Shown: positions 44,603 through 56,621 of the stretch, piece by piece
How the letters are laid out: every line of letters begins with the position of its first letter
Numbering within the stretch: position 1 is the first letter of the stretch
Assembly: GCA_027923505.1 (NCBI GenBank)
Contig: BROI01000027.1
Coordinates: 124,001-188,000 of the forward strand
Reading direction: 5' to 3'
From: Mayamaea pseudoterrestris
Lineage: Eukaryota
DNA length: 64,000 bases
Notes under the pieces: generated by a model
The model's database searches: none
Told to the model about the DNA's origin: nothing
The model's input: the letters and a program-made list of their open reading frames with translations, nothing else
Program-made: the position numbers and the translations under genes

Positions 44603-47600
44603 ATGAGTGAAAGACGAATATTGAACGCTCGCAGCATCAAGACTCCAGACTGGGAGATTGACGACTCCGTCACGGGCTTGCATCCCGACGCGCACAGAAT
44701 TGACTTTAGCTCGCGCCACTCGCACAAGCCGACCAAGCCGATGTATGACTTGATCGTGAATGATATATTGACAGTCTTGCTTCCGACGCATCGAACGTCT
44801 CTCAATGTCAAGTTTATAGTCTTGACCATTGTCTTGGTGTATGTGATCTACGTAGGAGCCGAGTGGTTGGATAACGTCTGGAAGAACAGTTCACAATACA
44901 GCTTAGCTCGAACATTTGCTTCCATAATTCTACACGGCAGTGCTCTTGCATGGACAATTTATTATTTCCAAGTCACTGAACTAATTTGGAATTCAGTGCG
45001 TCACAATCAGCCCACCTGGTGGATGGATCCCACCGTGGCTGCCGTGAATCGCCTGCCCATGCATACAACGTCCTTGCGACTCTTTGCGAATGAAGAGAAT
45101 GCTCGACGCGCTGCCTGTCTCGTCGAACTAGCGACGCGAGAAACTAAGATTCAAGAAGCGCAAACGCCAAACGTTTGGAAGCTGGATGATTTACAATGGA
45201 CGTTGGAACTCCACGTGACGGTGCAGTTTGCGCTGGATGCCGTCAAGGACAAGAACAAGCATCTCAATCCAAGGCCCGTTAAAATCCCCGGCAACTGGAT
45301 GCTTCAAGGCTTTTACGACAAGCCCATTTACACAAACATCAAGTACCCATTTCCGTGTCGGCCGCCACTAGTGCCATTGCTTAATCCGACGGGTCGCTAC
45401 TGCGTGACACTGGGAACGCTGCCATTGGATTGGGAGCAGGCCATTTTTCAGCAACACGCAAGCGTCACGCTGATGCTGCATGGAATCGAGTCGGCAGCCT
45501 ACGTTTACTTGAATGACGGTTTCATTGGATTTACAAAGGACTCGCGACTACCAGCCGAGTTTGATTTGACGCCAATTATTCAACCTAGTAACAACGTATT
45601 GGAAATTGTCGTCGTCAGGTGGTCGGACGGTTCCTACGTGGAAGACCAGGACCACTGGTGGATGGCGGGGATTCACCGGAGCGTGGAACTGATTCTGCGG
45701 CCAAGGCTAGCGAGTATTATGGATTATCAGGTCCAAGCCGATGCAAATGGGCGTTTGACTTGCCGAGTCGAGTGTCGCGAGAATGTCGATGTTGAGAGCA
45801 CTGACAATTTATCCTCGTCGCCTGATATCAAGAGGAAGTTGCTAGTGTCGCTTTATGACGACGCTCAAACGACGGCCATGGGAGCCGAATGGGTCAAGGG
45901 AAAATGTGTCTTCCAGTCGGAAGAGTTGGTCGTCAGTGGGAATGTCGTTACCTTCTCCTCGGTGGTAAACAATATACAACTTTGGACGGCCGAGACGCCC
46001 CATTTATACACCATGACGATTCAGCTACTTGTTGACGGAAAAGTGACTCAGGTGGAATCTTGCCGAATTGGATTTCGATCAGGATCGATTGAAAACGGAC
46101 AATACTTGGTGAATGGGGTTGCAATCACTGTCTGCGGTATTAATAGACACGAACATGACCCTGATACGGGCAAGGTTGTCAGCCTGGAAAGCATGAAGCG
46201 CGACATTATGTTGCTCAAACAAAACAACTTTAATGCGGTGCGAACTAGTCACTACCCCAACCATCCTTGCTTCTATCGACTCTGCGATTTTTACGGCCTG
46301 TATGTCTGCGACGAAGCGAATATAGAAACGCATGGTTTGAAGCCAATGGGTAGGCTAGCCCATGATCCTGGTTGGGAAAGCATGTTTGTGAGTCGAGTGG
46401 TCCGTATGGTGCAACGAGATCGTAACCATGCTTGCATCATGTTTTGGTCCCTCGGAAATGAAGCAGGTCGTGGACGAAACCTTCAAAAGGCTCGAGATAT
46501 CGTGAAACGACTTGACCAGTCACGTCCGGTATGTTACGAGAGCGGCGGCGAATTTTACTGGGGTGCGGGAAACACAGAGCTTACTGATTTAGTCTGCAAC
46601 ATGTATCCCGATGTGCCGCTGACGATTGAGCTGGCAACTCGAAACGATGAAGATCGACCAGTGGTGCTCTGCGAATACAGCCATGCCATGGGAAATTCTT
46701 CGGGTAACCTGCATTTGTATTGGGAGGCCTTTTGGGATCCAGCGATCCCCCGTCTCCAGGGCGGTTACATTTGGGATATGGTGGACCAAGGGCTGCGAAA
46801 GACCAGTAGAGCTGGCGTTGAGTACTTTGGATATGGCGGAGATTTCGGGGACACTTGCAACGATCTTCAATTTTGCTGCAACGGCTTGTTCTCACCTGAC
46901 CGAAATCCGCATCCTGCTGTCGCTGAAGCCAAGTTTTTGATGCAGCCTGTTGACTTTGCTCCAGACTGTGCATATGAAATGGGCGCTGTAAAAGTTATGG
47001 TGAACGGTCGTCAAGAAGCGCAACTGCGATTCCGAGTTACTAACCGCTACAGTTTTCTCGACCTTTCGCACTTGGTATGGTCATGGTATCTCAAGTTTGA
47101 TGGCTCTTTGACAACGTTACATGCAGGAACCTTCAACATTCTGAACGGGAACTCTGCAAATATCAGACTCGACGCGGCACTTCGGCGAATTCGTCTCATA
47201 CAAGGGCAACTGTACTTTTTGCACATTCGTGGAGCGCTCAAGTCGTCTTGTTCTTGGGCCGATGCAGGTCATGTAGTCGTCTCTCATCAATTTAAGGTTG
47301 ATTTCGCCGCTCTAACTCCTGCCATTAAAGCCGATGTTTCATTAAACTCACTAACAGAACATCTGGCAATATCTAATAATGGCGAATGCTGGGTTATAAA
47401 ACGAGTGGCACCTGGTCGAACCAACACCCCTTTAGCACGAGTTGAACAAAAATCGGGTCGACTCTGCTTTCTCTCACATCACGGATTAAATATACTTGCC
47501 GACGACCTGACGATAAACACAACTAGGGCAAGTACAGATAATGACAAGGGAGGGTTCACTATAACGCCTGGGCTCAATGCGAGCAACTTTTTCGGATGGT

Positions 47601-48536
47601 TGCGCGGATACGATAATTTTTCGTATGCGACCCGTTGGAAATGTTGTGGGCTAGACCAAGCAGCGCCTCCGGTTACGAAATGCCGGACTTCCTTTGTGAG
47701 TGACTCCGGCGACAAGCAAACGATAGAAACGAGCACCAAGTTTGATATACTATCAGCAGATTCGAAAAAGCTGCTGTTCAACGCCGAGACAACTTATTCG
47801 TTCCAAAGCGATGGTGCCGTGCAAGTGTCGTGTGAAGTTTCCCCCCGAGCAGCAGTTAAATGGTTATCCTCTTTGCCACGCATTGGCATCAATCTTCAGC
47901 TCAATGCATCGCTCTACCATATACAATACTTTGGAAGGGGACCAGACGAAAACTACCCAGATCGCAAGTCGGGCTCTGAGCTTGGTGTCTACGAGACGTC
48001 TCCTGCAAATATGGGATATTTGCAGTACGTATATCCAGTCGAAAACGGCTCCAGATCGGACTGCGAATGGATTGCGTTTCGACGCGATGACGGGACAGGG
48101 CTTTGTATTTGCACGGACGGGCCGACATTTTCGTGCAGTGCTCTGCTTCATAGTGCTACTGAGCTTGAGAATGCAACTCACACTTGCGATCTAGCGGAAC
48201 GAAAGGATGGGTATCATACAATCCATGTGAATTTAGATCATAAGCTCATGGGTGTGGGCGGCGACACGAGGTGCGTGCCATGCTTGGAGTGCCATACTTC
48301 GTGTTATGTTGAAAGCTTATTCCTCTCGCTCACACTAACCCATTTTCCGTTCTTGCAGTTGGTATCCAGTCGTCTATGAGCAATTCAGAGTGAAGCCATC
48401 GCAAGATTACAAATTTCGCTTTTGGCTGCTACCGCTAGAGCCAAACGACAATCCCGCCATGCTCACTCGCAGGTTTCGCAAAATTGGTAACCCGCCGCGA
48501 GCAGATTCTAGCACGCGTGGCTTTTACTTTAACTAG
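44603..48536 (+). CDS. Beta-galactosidase, glycoside hydrolase family 2 (LacZ-like); intron 48271-48358
   Basis: YTNIKYPF, EDQDHWWMAGIHRSV, GINRHE, NAVRTSHYP, WSLGNE (acid/base), CEYSHAMGN (nucleophile), GRGPDENYPDR and GVGGDTSW (spliced). Confidence 0.95.
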
Positions 48537-48562
48537 AACTAGCTATACTTAGCCAATTTACA

Positions 48563-49402
48563 CTATCTTTTTTCTGCCGCAACTACATAGTCAAACCCCA
48601 GCTGCAATCGACCCGATTGCTGCGTGGCTTCCAAAGCTTGCGCATCAAGCTCGTTCAGCGCTTGCGCCATGCCGTCGGCCAGATGGCTGTTACCAAACAG
48701 CTTGAGCTTGCTTCGTCCAACATTGACTTGCTTCAAAATAGTTTCGTATCGATAAAGGATTGGAAACTGAAAGGAATTCACAAGTTGCAGCGATTTGCAA
48801 TCGTTTACTTGCTGCTTGATCCATTCGAGGGGATACTCGCGGTAGCATCGATGATTGGCAAGTAGAATGCACGCATCGCGAGCCTGACGAACTTTGCAAA
48901 TGACGTTCGCTGGACCAGAAACCGAGTCTGGAATGGGTTCCAGTCCAACAATATACAAACGGCCTCCTGGTTTCAAGTATTGGCAGAGTAGCGGAATCAT
49001 TTCATTCTGTCGATAGGGACTGAAACCATCCATGGCACCAATAAGATAATCAGCCAAGATGACATCAAACTGCTGCTCGAGAGTCACTTGCTCCTTTGGA
49101 TCATTTGGAAACCAATTTCCAATCATGACTTGTCCCATTTCCGATACTCCCAACACTTCCGCCTCCATTTGCACCTGGCGTTGCATGGTGGCGTCGGCTG
49201 TCATGGCGCAAAAGTCCGTCAAGCCGCGACTCGACAAGGTGGCGAGCCAGCGGAGCGAGTGCATGCCAGTGCCGGCATCCAAGACGGACCCAAATGGAAT
49301 GTCTCCCTGTAGATTTTCAATGCATCCAAAGAGTGAATCGTCCTTGCCGTAAACGAGGCGAGCGGAGGCTTGTGCTTGTGGGGATGACGACTTGGCTGTC
49401 AT
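48563..49402 (-). CDS. Class I SAM-dependent methyltransferase-like protein
   Basis: VLDAGTG, FDVILADY and LKPGGRLYIVG. Confidence 0.82.
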   Translation of the reverse strand: MTAKSSSPQAQASARLVYGKDDSLFGCIENLQGDIPFGSVLDAGTGMHSLRWLATLSSRGLTDFCAMTADATMQRQVQMEAEVLGVSEMGQVMIGNWFPNDPKEQVTLEQQFDVILADYLIGAMDGFSPYRQNEMIPLLCQYLKPGGRLYIVGLEPIPDSVSGPANVICKVRQARDACILLANHRCYREYPLEWIKQQVNDCKSLQLVNSFQFPILYRYETILKQVNVGRSKLKLFGNSHLADGMAQALNELDAQALEATQQSGRLQLGFDYVVAAEKR

Positions 49403-49589
49403 GGCAAATATTAATGGCGCAGCACTAAACTGGATTGTATAAATTATAGTGGTCACTTGTCTTTTTAATCCTTTCATCAAGTAAGAATACGCGCCATTGA
49501 TAAGCCAAGACTTTAGGTGTACAAGGCAAACGAAGGTGATACATCTCGACCATCGTTTCGTCGCAAGACGATAGCGAAACGATTGTCAA

Positions 49590-49967
49590 TCATGACAAGG
49601 CAATAGTACGAAACGAGTGCCAGTGAAAACTACGTCATTAGGCAATACTGTAAAACGAGTGCCAGTGAAAACTACGTCAAAAGGCAATATTGCGAAACAA
49701 GTGCCAGTGAAAACTACGTCATTAGGCAATAGTATGAAACGAGTGCCAGTGATAACTACGTCACAAGCAGACGAAACGAGTGCCAGTGTCAAAACGTCAC
49801 AAGGCAATAATACGAAACGAGTGCCAGTGTCAATTACCTCATAAGGCAATAATACGAAACGAGTGCCAGTGTCAATTACGTCACAAGGCAATAGTACGAA
49901 ACGAGTGCCAGTGTCAATTACGTCGCAAGGCTTTAGTACGAAACGAGTGCCAGTGTCAATTACGTCA
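49590..49967 (+). repeat. 42-bp tandem array B (9 units plus partial; fifth unit is 36 bp)
   Basis: Units start at 49590, 49632, 49674, 49716, 49758, 49794, 49836, 49878, 49920 and 49962, with the same consensus as array A. Confidence 0.97.
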
Positions 49968-50042
49968 TGCTGCCCAGCTATCGCACCGTTGATTGCCATC
50001 ACCGCGTCGTCCATCGGCTCATCACTTTCTTTCGACCATGAG

Positions 50043-52088
50043 ATGATGAGGACGCATCATCGACGACGACTCTCCTTCCTATCATCAATCATTAGACATA
50101 TATACATGATTGGAATAATATCCAGTCAGTCGCGTGCTTTGGGATTTTCATTTAGAACGTCTCAAAGAACATTTTGGCGACAACAATGCCGACGAGCAAT
50201 CTTCTACTCGCATAATTCTCCTTCCGTGAACACTGATACGCCTATAACCCAAGCGACTCTTACAAGCAAAGACGAAACGTTTGAGTTTACGTCAACCGAG
50301 TTTGTCGAGCATATTGTCGTGCAGAAACAAAACGTTTCAGCCTGTGACATTATCGAAACGGTGCTGCAGCGTCGGCGCGATAATCAACTCACAGTCACTA
50401 ACCTGTCAGCCACGGAGCTCCTTCACATTGGAGCCGTTTGGTTTCTGCCGGCTCACATGCCCCGAGATCCGTCGTTGGGGCATAAGCCAATGCGTCTTGA
50501 GAAATCTCTCACGCTAAATGTTTCCGACTATCTACGCATTCATCATCATCCTCGGCGATTTCCAACCGTCTATGACTACGATTGGTCGCTCCACTGCAAT
50601 GAAACGACGAACCAAGATGCAAAGCAACTACCAGGAGTCATTGTCGCGCAAGACGAGACGAAAGGATATATCATTATTGACAAGCCAGCGGGCGTTCCGG
50701 TGCACATGACGGTGGACAATCGGCTGGAAAATGTTGCCGCGTGCTTGGCAAGTGCAAGGAGACGCTTGCTGGTTGACAACGACGACGGCCAAAGCAACGA
50801 TGTCTATGTGAGTACGCCGCAGCGACTCGATCAAAATACGTCCGGTTTGTTGGTGGTGGCATCGTCCAAGCCGTTTGCACACTATTTTGCCAATTTGCTG
50901 GCCCGCAAGACGGAGAATCAATTGGCTTCCAACAACAATTCCACTGTCACTGCTGACGAAACTCCAACTGAATCTATTCACAAGCTATACAAGTGCTTGG
51001 TTTGCCTTTCGCAACCATCTGCTGCTGCTACTACGGAAGGTGGTGGAACTGACAAGCAACAATCATGGTCGGTTCAGAAAGCTTATTCACAACTGCAGTC
51101 ATATCAACTTAAAAAAGTGCGACACTACTTGGAACCGTCCATTCGCTCGCCAAAGCGCTTTGTCGTACAACCACCAAGCAATGAAGCATGGCCGGAATGC
51201 TTGCTACGAATTCGCAACGTCGGTCCGTTGGGTGCATTGACTGGTAACGCTGCTGCGGCATCACTCCGAGCATCCTTGTGGGAGTCGCACGACTTGCCCC
51301 CAACTCATTGTCACGCTGTCGTGGAACTCGAGGTGGAGCTACTCACCGGTCGAACACATCAAATTCGCGGTCAACTTGCTGCCATGGGCTATAGCTTGGT
51401 CGGCGACGCGCAGTATGGAGGTGCAACGCCAGTGGATATGGAGTATGGAGTTCATGTATCGGCACCGAGATTGGCACTGCAGTGTTGTGAGCTGGAGTTT
51501 ATTGATCCAGATGTTCGACTAAAAGAAGACGGCACTGTGTATTTAACTCGGTCTCATAGGTGGAACAAGTTTCGAATTGAGGCGGCATGGTGGACTAGGG
51601 CCATGGAGGAATATCACTTGTCAATGCAGTCCTTGTCCAGCGATGAGGCGACCACTTTTGCTGATGATGCAGCGTTCGTTGCGTTAACCAATGGAACTCA
51701 GCAATCAACTAACCGAAAGATAGCTCGTCGAGACTTGCTTCCATCTCGTATCCAGCTATCTCCGGGCAAGAACAAGTACGTCCTTGTGAAGGCCACCCAT
51801 CCGGATGAGCGCGAGGAAGTCTGGTTTGTCAAGAGTGCTGCTCCAAATGAATGCGGCGGGCCATACCATGCGAATGTTGCCCAGGATTTGGGGGAATGGA
51901 TTACTGCTGCTGGTTATGACGCGGACGTTACTGGCGGAGGACGCATCGACTACCAACCAGACAGTAACAAAGCGGTTGTTTACGGGTTTAGTTACGGATA
52001 TGGCAAAGGCGACCACATGAAGGCGGCTAAACTCGTTAGTGAATGTGGAATTGATGCAAGCTACGACTACTCGGATGAATTGTATTAA
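50043..52088 (+). CDS. RluA-family pseudouridine synthase fused to a C-terminal Janus/Ocnus (PHPT1-like) domain
   Basis: IDKPAGVPVH, QRLDQNTSGL, LLTGRTHQIR and LVGDAQYG, then GKNKYVLV, YHANV, GGGRI and VYGFSYGYGKGDH. Confidence 0.88.
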   Translation: MMRTHHRRRLSFLSSIIRHIYMIGIISSQSRALGFSFRTSQRTFWRQQCRRAIFYSHNSPSVNTDTPITQATLTSKDETFEFTSTEFVEHIVVQKQNVSACDIIETVLQRRRDNQLTVTNLSATELLHIGAVWFLPAHMPRDPSLGHKPMRLEKSLTLNVSDYLRIHHHPRRFPTVYDYDWSLHCNETTNQDAKQLPGVIVAQDETKGYIIIDKPAGVPVHMTVDNRLENVAACLASARRRLLVDNDDGQSNDVYVSTPQRLDQNTSGLLVVASSKPFAHYFANLLARKTENQLASNNNSTVTADETPTESIHKLYKCLVCLSQPSAAATTEGGGTDKQQSWSVQKAYSQLQSYQLKKVRHYLEPSIRSPKRFVVQPPSNEAWPECLLRIRNVGPLGALTGNAAAASLRASLWESHDLPPTHCHAVVELEVELLTGRTHQIRGQLAAMGYSLVGDAQYGGATPVDMEYGVHVSAPRLALQCCELEFIDPDVRLKEDGTVYLTRSHRWNKFRIEAAWWTRAMEEYHLSMQSLSSDEATTFADDAAFVALTNGTQQSTNRKIARRDLLPSRIQLSPGKNKYVLVKATHPDEREEVWFVKSAAPNECGGPYHANVAQDLGEWITAAGYDADVTGGGRIDYQPDSNKAVVYGFSYGYGKGDHMKAAKLVSECGIDASYDYSDELY

Positions 52089-52119
52089 AATTTTTTTAAA
52101 AAACGCGATACTGATCTGC

Positions 52120-55100
52120 CTATGTGATGGATGCGTCGCTGGCGTCGTCCTTCGGACGTCTGTCGGAACCCTTCAACTCTGTCTGTTGTTGAGCGGCCAC
52201 ATGCTGATGGTATTTCTCGAGCCACAGATACTGGCGCTCTGTTCGCCGGTCGTAATCTTCATTGGGGTTGTTGTCACCCAAAAGGCTAACCTCAGGATCA
52301 AACGTGTTCATGTTTAGAATTCTCCGAAGTTCGGAAGAAAGCCCCATGCTCAATCCAGTGGCTGCAGTAACCCGACTTGCGGAACCCCTCAGCGAGGACT
52401 GGCTATGCGGTATTGCTGTTACACTTGATCTAAACTCTGGATGTTGCACGGACAATGAGTGTGGTAAGCTTGCGAACGGCAAATGCAAGTCGCTATTGCT
52501 TGCCGCATCGGGGTCAGTTTGCCCATGAACGTCTTTTATCGACTTCGGTAATAGCTGGGGCAACATCGCCGGTATGGAAGAATGGTCTTCCATTTTCGAT
52601 TCATGGAAAGAACCTGCGCCGCGAAATAGAACTCTTAAGCGTGGTATATGACCGTCACCAACCTCATATGACGACATCAGCTGCCTCTGTTCCAAATGCA
52701 CTAGCGTCTCGAGCTGCCGTGCTGCCGCTTCCACATGTAACTCTTGCTCTCTTGTCAAAGCAATTGTCTCATCTCGCTTGTATCTTTCTATACGATCAAT
52801 AAGTTGTTGACCTGATGCGGGACATTTCCACGTTGGATGCGTTGCCTAAAACGTGAGAAAGGGTACGAGTCAGTACGCAGGCACCAGCATTGCGAAATCC
52901 TGCAAGGACTCAGACTTACTTGAAAATTAAAAAAGCTCTTCTCCATTTTACCGAGGCGTGTCTTTGGTACCGGCAACAATCTACGAGCTTCGTCAACATT
53001 GCGAGTTCGAAGTACACTTTCCGACAACGAAAGTGACTGCGTCTCTGAACTGGTGGGCATCGCCATGGTCCTACCCTCCCAAGCCTCATCTTCGTATTTG
53101 TCGAAATCAAATGTGGCATAACCGCAAACTTCGCCAGCCCCAGCAAATTCACTCTTTGTCAGAAAAATGAACTCACAAATAGATTCTGCGCTTTGCGCAA
53201 GTGAAACGCAGAGAATGTACGGCGCTAAGAGCAATGATGCGATTTCCAAGACGAAGAGTTGAGCCTTGAATTGAATCATGGACTTGATTATCTTGTATGT
53301 CGTCTCATCATGAGCTCGACCTTTCCAATGAGGCATGTAATAGTGCGTATGAGTTGCAATGCCGGAAAGTGCTGCGTCAGTCTCCGCGTAAAGATTGCGG
53401 ATCCTTCGCGGTCTAATTTCTTCCGACGGCATCATTCCCTTGCCAACTGAATAAACAACACCGACCATGCCAGCAAACCACAAAAGATTCCAGTCGGCGA
53501 TTCTGACGTGCAGAAGAATCGCATCATTGATGGCGGCAAATACGAACAAAACTGCGCCCAGTGAGCCTCCGATGAAGACAAGAATGCGCCCACAAGCCGC
53601 AACGACTTCGCTCTGTCCAAACAACGCCAGATACTTCTCAGCTGCCTCATATGATGGATATAGTCGACTTTCAAAATGATGTTGCAGCTCGTTAAATTCT
53701 CTGAATAGCCATTTTGACGACAGCGACCATTCTCGCGGCCCAAGGTACTTTTTAGTTGATTTCCAGTCATAAGCATTTTGCAAACCAAAATGAAGCGTTG
53801 TAAAGAAAAGTAAAAAGGGAAGGAATGCCAAATGGACAACGCCACAAGCGATGAATCGCCGCCGAAGCGCGCCATGGTCGAGGTAAAAAGCTGGGCGGAT
53901 TTGGTACTTGTGATTGAACATGAAATTGAGTATGCAAAAGTACAGACTCCACTAAATTTTTAATAATTTGAGTTGATGCTGATGAGTAAAACGTCACAGC
54001 ATGGCTACGCACATTCCTCGTGTCGCTTACCTCCAAGCTGGAGCAGAAAAATACATGGTTGCCGAGCCTTGGGATTCGCAGATCGATAAGACCCTTGTTA
54101 AAAAGTGCGACCATAAAATTTTCTTTTCTCAAAATTCGTGTGGCAATCACCAATGCATCCAAGTCTTGTCCGTTAATGGCAATTCGATACTCGCCAGACT
54201 GCTGCAGCTCTAAAAGCTTATCAACAACATGAAGGTTCCAGTCGACGGCTCCTCCCTGCAGCTTGCGCGCACTTATCCCTAGCCGTTCCTCAAAGACAAA
54301 CTTGGCTAGCAGCGCTTGCCGAACGGTCTGTAGACATGACCAGGTTGCAAACGCCGCATAGAATAGAAATAAGGTGATGTAAAGGAGAATGACCAACAAG
54401 CTCCAAACACTGGAATAGTTGTAGAAAGGATCCTTGTGCAAGTAATCAACAAAATGGTCATGACAACTCGCTTCGTCGACGCAATTCGCCAAGGCTGGCC
54501 AGTCAACATAGACACACAAGAATACTGAAAGAAACAAGGTGAATAGCAGCGACACAAGCTGAACCACTCCCTTGCCAAGGATTGGAACGAGTCCCCGATG
54601 ATAGTAGTAGTAATACAGGCTCCCAAAGAACAGATCCAAATTAGCCACGGCGCCATAGTGTGACTCGGAGGAGAGTCGTGGCAAAAATATGAATTCATTC
54701 TCGCCGGCTTGCTGCTGTTGCTGCTGATTTCGTTCATTACTCGTCAGCGGGACGTACTCATTTCCATCTGCGGCAATTCCAAAGTCTCGTAAGTATGTAT
54801 GATCGGAATGATGAATCGCTCGTCGGCTACTGCTACTGTTCGAAGAAGAAGGATACAGTTCGTCTCGTAGCTGGCGCTCCTCATGTTCTCGCCAGGCATC
54901 CAGCGCGGCGTCATAGACAATATTACTAAAGCGCAAGGCTTCTTCTCGCGTTTGTTGATAGATTCGTCTCAGGAGTCCGAAACGCCGATGCGTCCAATGA
55001 TTATGCGGCATGGAGCTGTTGATAGATGCTGATTGCAAGGTTCGCGCATGATGCTGCTGGATTTCTCGCGACTGTTGATGACTCAACTCGTCCCAAAGAC

Positions 55101-55146
55101 CATCTTCTACGGTAGGAATGTGATTGTTGTTTATTGCGTCGTCCAT
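52120..55146 (-). CDS. ATG9: Autophagy protein 9; introns 53952-54030 and 52846-52919
   Basis: NLDLFFGSLYYYY, RILRKENFMVALFN, SSLEWSLYFCI (spliced), REWS, FREFNELQHHF, GEVCGYATFD and GKMEKSFFNF. Confidence 0.93.
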
Positions 55147-55524
55147 TAAGTTTGTTCAATCTATTTCTTTCGCTTTGCTAGTAGAGCGTTGTCGTCCCTG
55201 ATTCCCATGGTGACTTTTGTTCCCCGAAGCGAGGTTTTCGTGATGATGTCGCATCGCGGATCGGCAACCGCTGCGACTCTGTCACGCATGGTCACACAAC
55301 GAGAGATGCACCACCTCCAAATCTGATCACATTCCAACATCATGGTTCGAATTGCTAGGCACAAACAACGACCTGAGAATTGGAAGGGTCTCATCTCCCG
55401 TATCGTTACATTTTCTTCTGGCGAAAAGTATCGAATTAGCAACATATTTCAAAGCATTCGCCATTCGCCCCCTGCTACAGTGGTACAGTAGAACGAGCAG
55501 CTGGCATACAACTAAAAAATGGCG

Positions 55525-56270
55525 AAGATAATGGCTGGCGCACAATACCGTGTTTGCTGGTTACGGTGGCTTTAGAGAAGAAAGAGCATGCCAAGTTGAA
55601 TTCCTTGGGCAGTGCTCCATACTTTGCCCAGGTTCGTCAGGATGAGCTCATTGCCGCCATGTCAAAGATCAAATCCAACCTCTTCTTCATCGACCTGGCG
55701 GCCAATCACGCGCGCAAACTGAGTAACACGGCAGCTCTTGAGCTTTATCACAACTAGAATGGCCTTTGCTTCGAACCAAACCCAATTTACTTTACGACTT
55801 GAGCCGCGTCCGGACTTGTCGAGTAGTTGCCGCGGTCGTTGGAAACACGCGCAACGAAAAGGTACTTCAATTTCGGCGTGGAGTCTATGAAGGATTCGCC
55901 GACGCTGGATTCGACAACAAGAAAGACATGCGGAACCAAAGCTCGCCCGTTTATACGGTGCCGCTGCTGGAAGTTTGGAGCGTCATTTTGTTCCTCGAGT
56001 GATTGACTATTTGAGTCTAGATGTGGAAAGGGAAAGCTTTATCATGACGAATTTTCCATTGGACCGCTACAAGATTAAAATAATTACAGCGGAGCGCTTC
56101 AAGGGTGACATTAGCTCTACTTGAATCAGCGAGGATACGAAATGGTGCAACAGTTGGCTGACTGGGACGAAACGCTGTGCGTGCACTCTGAGTATGAGAT
56201 TGAGCTTGACATACGTGCTATTGCAAGGCTTTCGTTCCCGATCAGATGGCAAGATGCCAGGAAAGGATGA
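55525..56270 (+). pseudogene. FkbM-family (Methyltransf_21) methyltransferase pseudogene
   Basis: Pieces in different frames: QVRQDE, FFIDLAANHA..SNT, *NGLCFEPNP (TAG at 55755), VVAAVVG, IDYLSLDVE and GYEMV..DWDETL. At least one nonsense codon and three frameshifts. Confidence 0.82.
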
Positions 56271-56621
56271 AATAGTACGTACAAAGCTGGAAATGTAAGA
56301 GTAGGAGAGCTGAATGGCTCGGGTAAAAACGTCACCTGACTACGCTTGGATTGCTACAATCCATGCAGCACTTTTAAAGACGCTTGCGTAACAAACTATA
56401 AGGTTTGACATACATTAGTTGCTCACAACAGTCCCCTGATCATACACAAAATTGATGTCGCTTCAGACCTATCTAGACCGCTGCGACACCGACGTAAATC
56501 GCATTCGCCACAATGAGATGACGACGAATGCGTTTGTTTTGATCAAATCTAACATCAGAAGAACCAAGCTAGGCTATAAAACACATAAAGGCTATAGAGT
56601 GCTTACTCCTTAACTTCCAAA

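Noticed and set aside
49590..49967. 42-bp arrays as CRISPR or TIGR-like guide arrays
   Set aside because: Variable stretches are only 2-4 nt and recur between units, so there are no unique spacers. No Cas- or Tas-like gene is nearby.
49586..50014. 14-aa repeat protein (PCDVVFTGTRFVLL)n, and in-frame N-terminal extensions of the ORFs at 38132-39682, 39561, 49863 and 61393-62493
   Set aside because: A 42-bp unit without stops gives open frames on both strands automatically. Unit variation is mostly non-synonymous in this frame, and each neighbouring gene has a plausible ATG outside the array. Ribosome profiling could overturn this.
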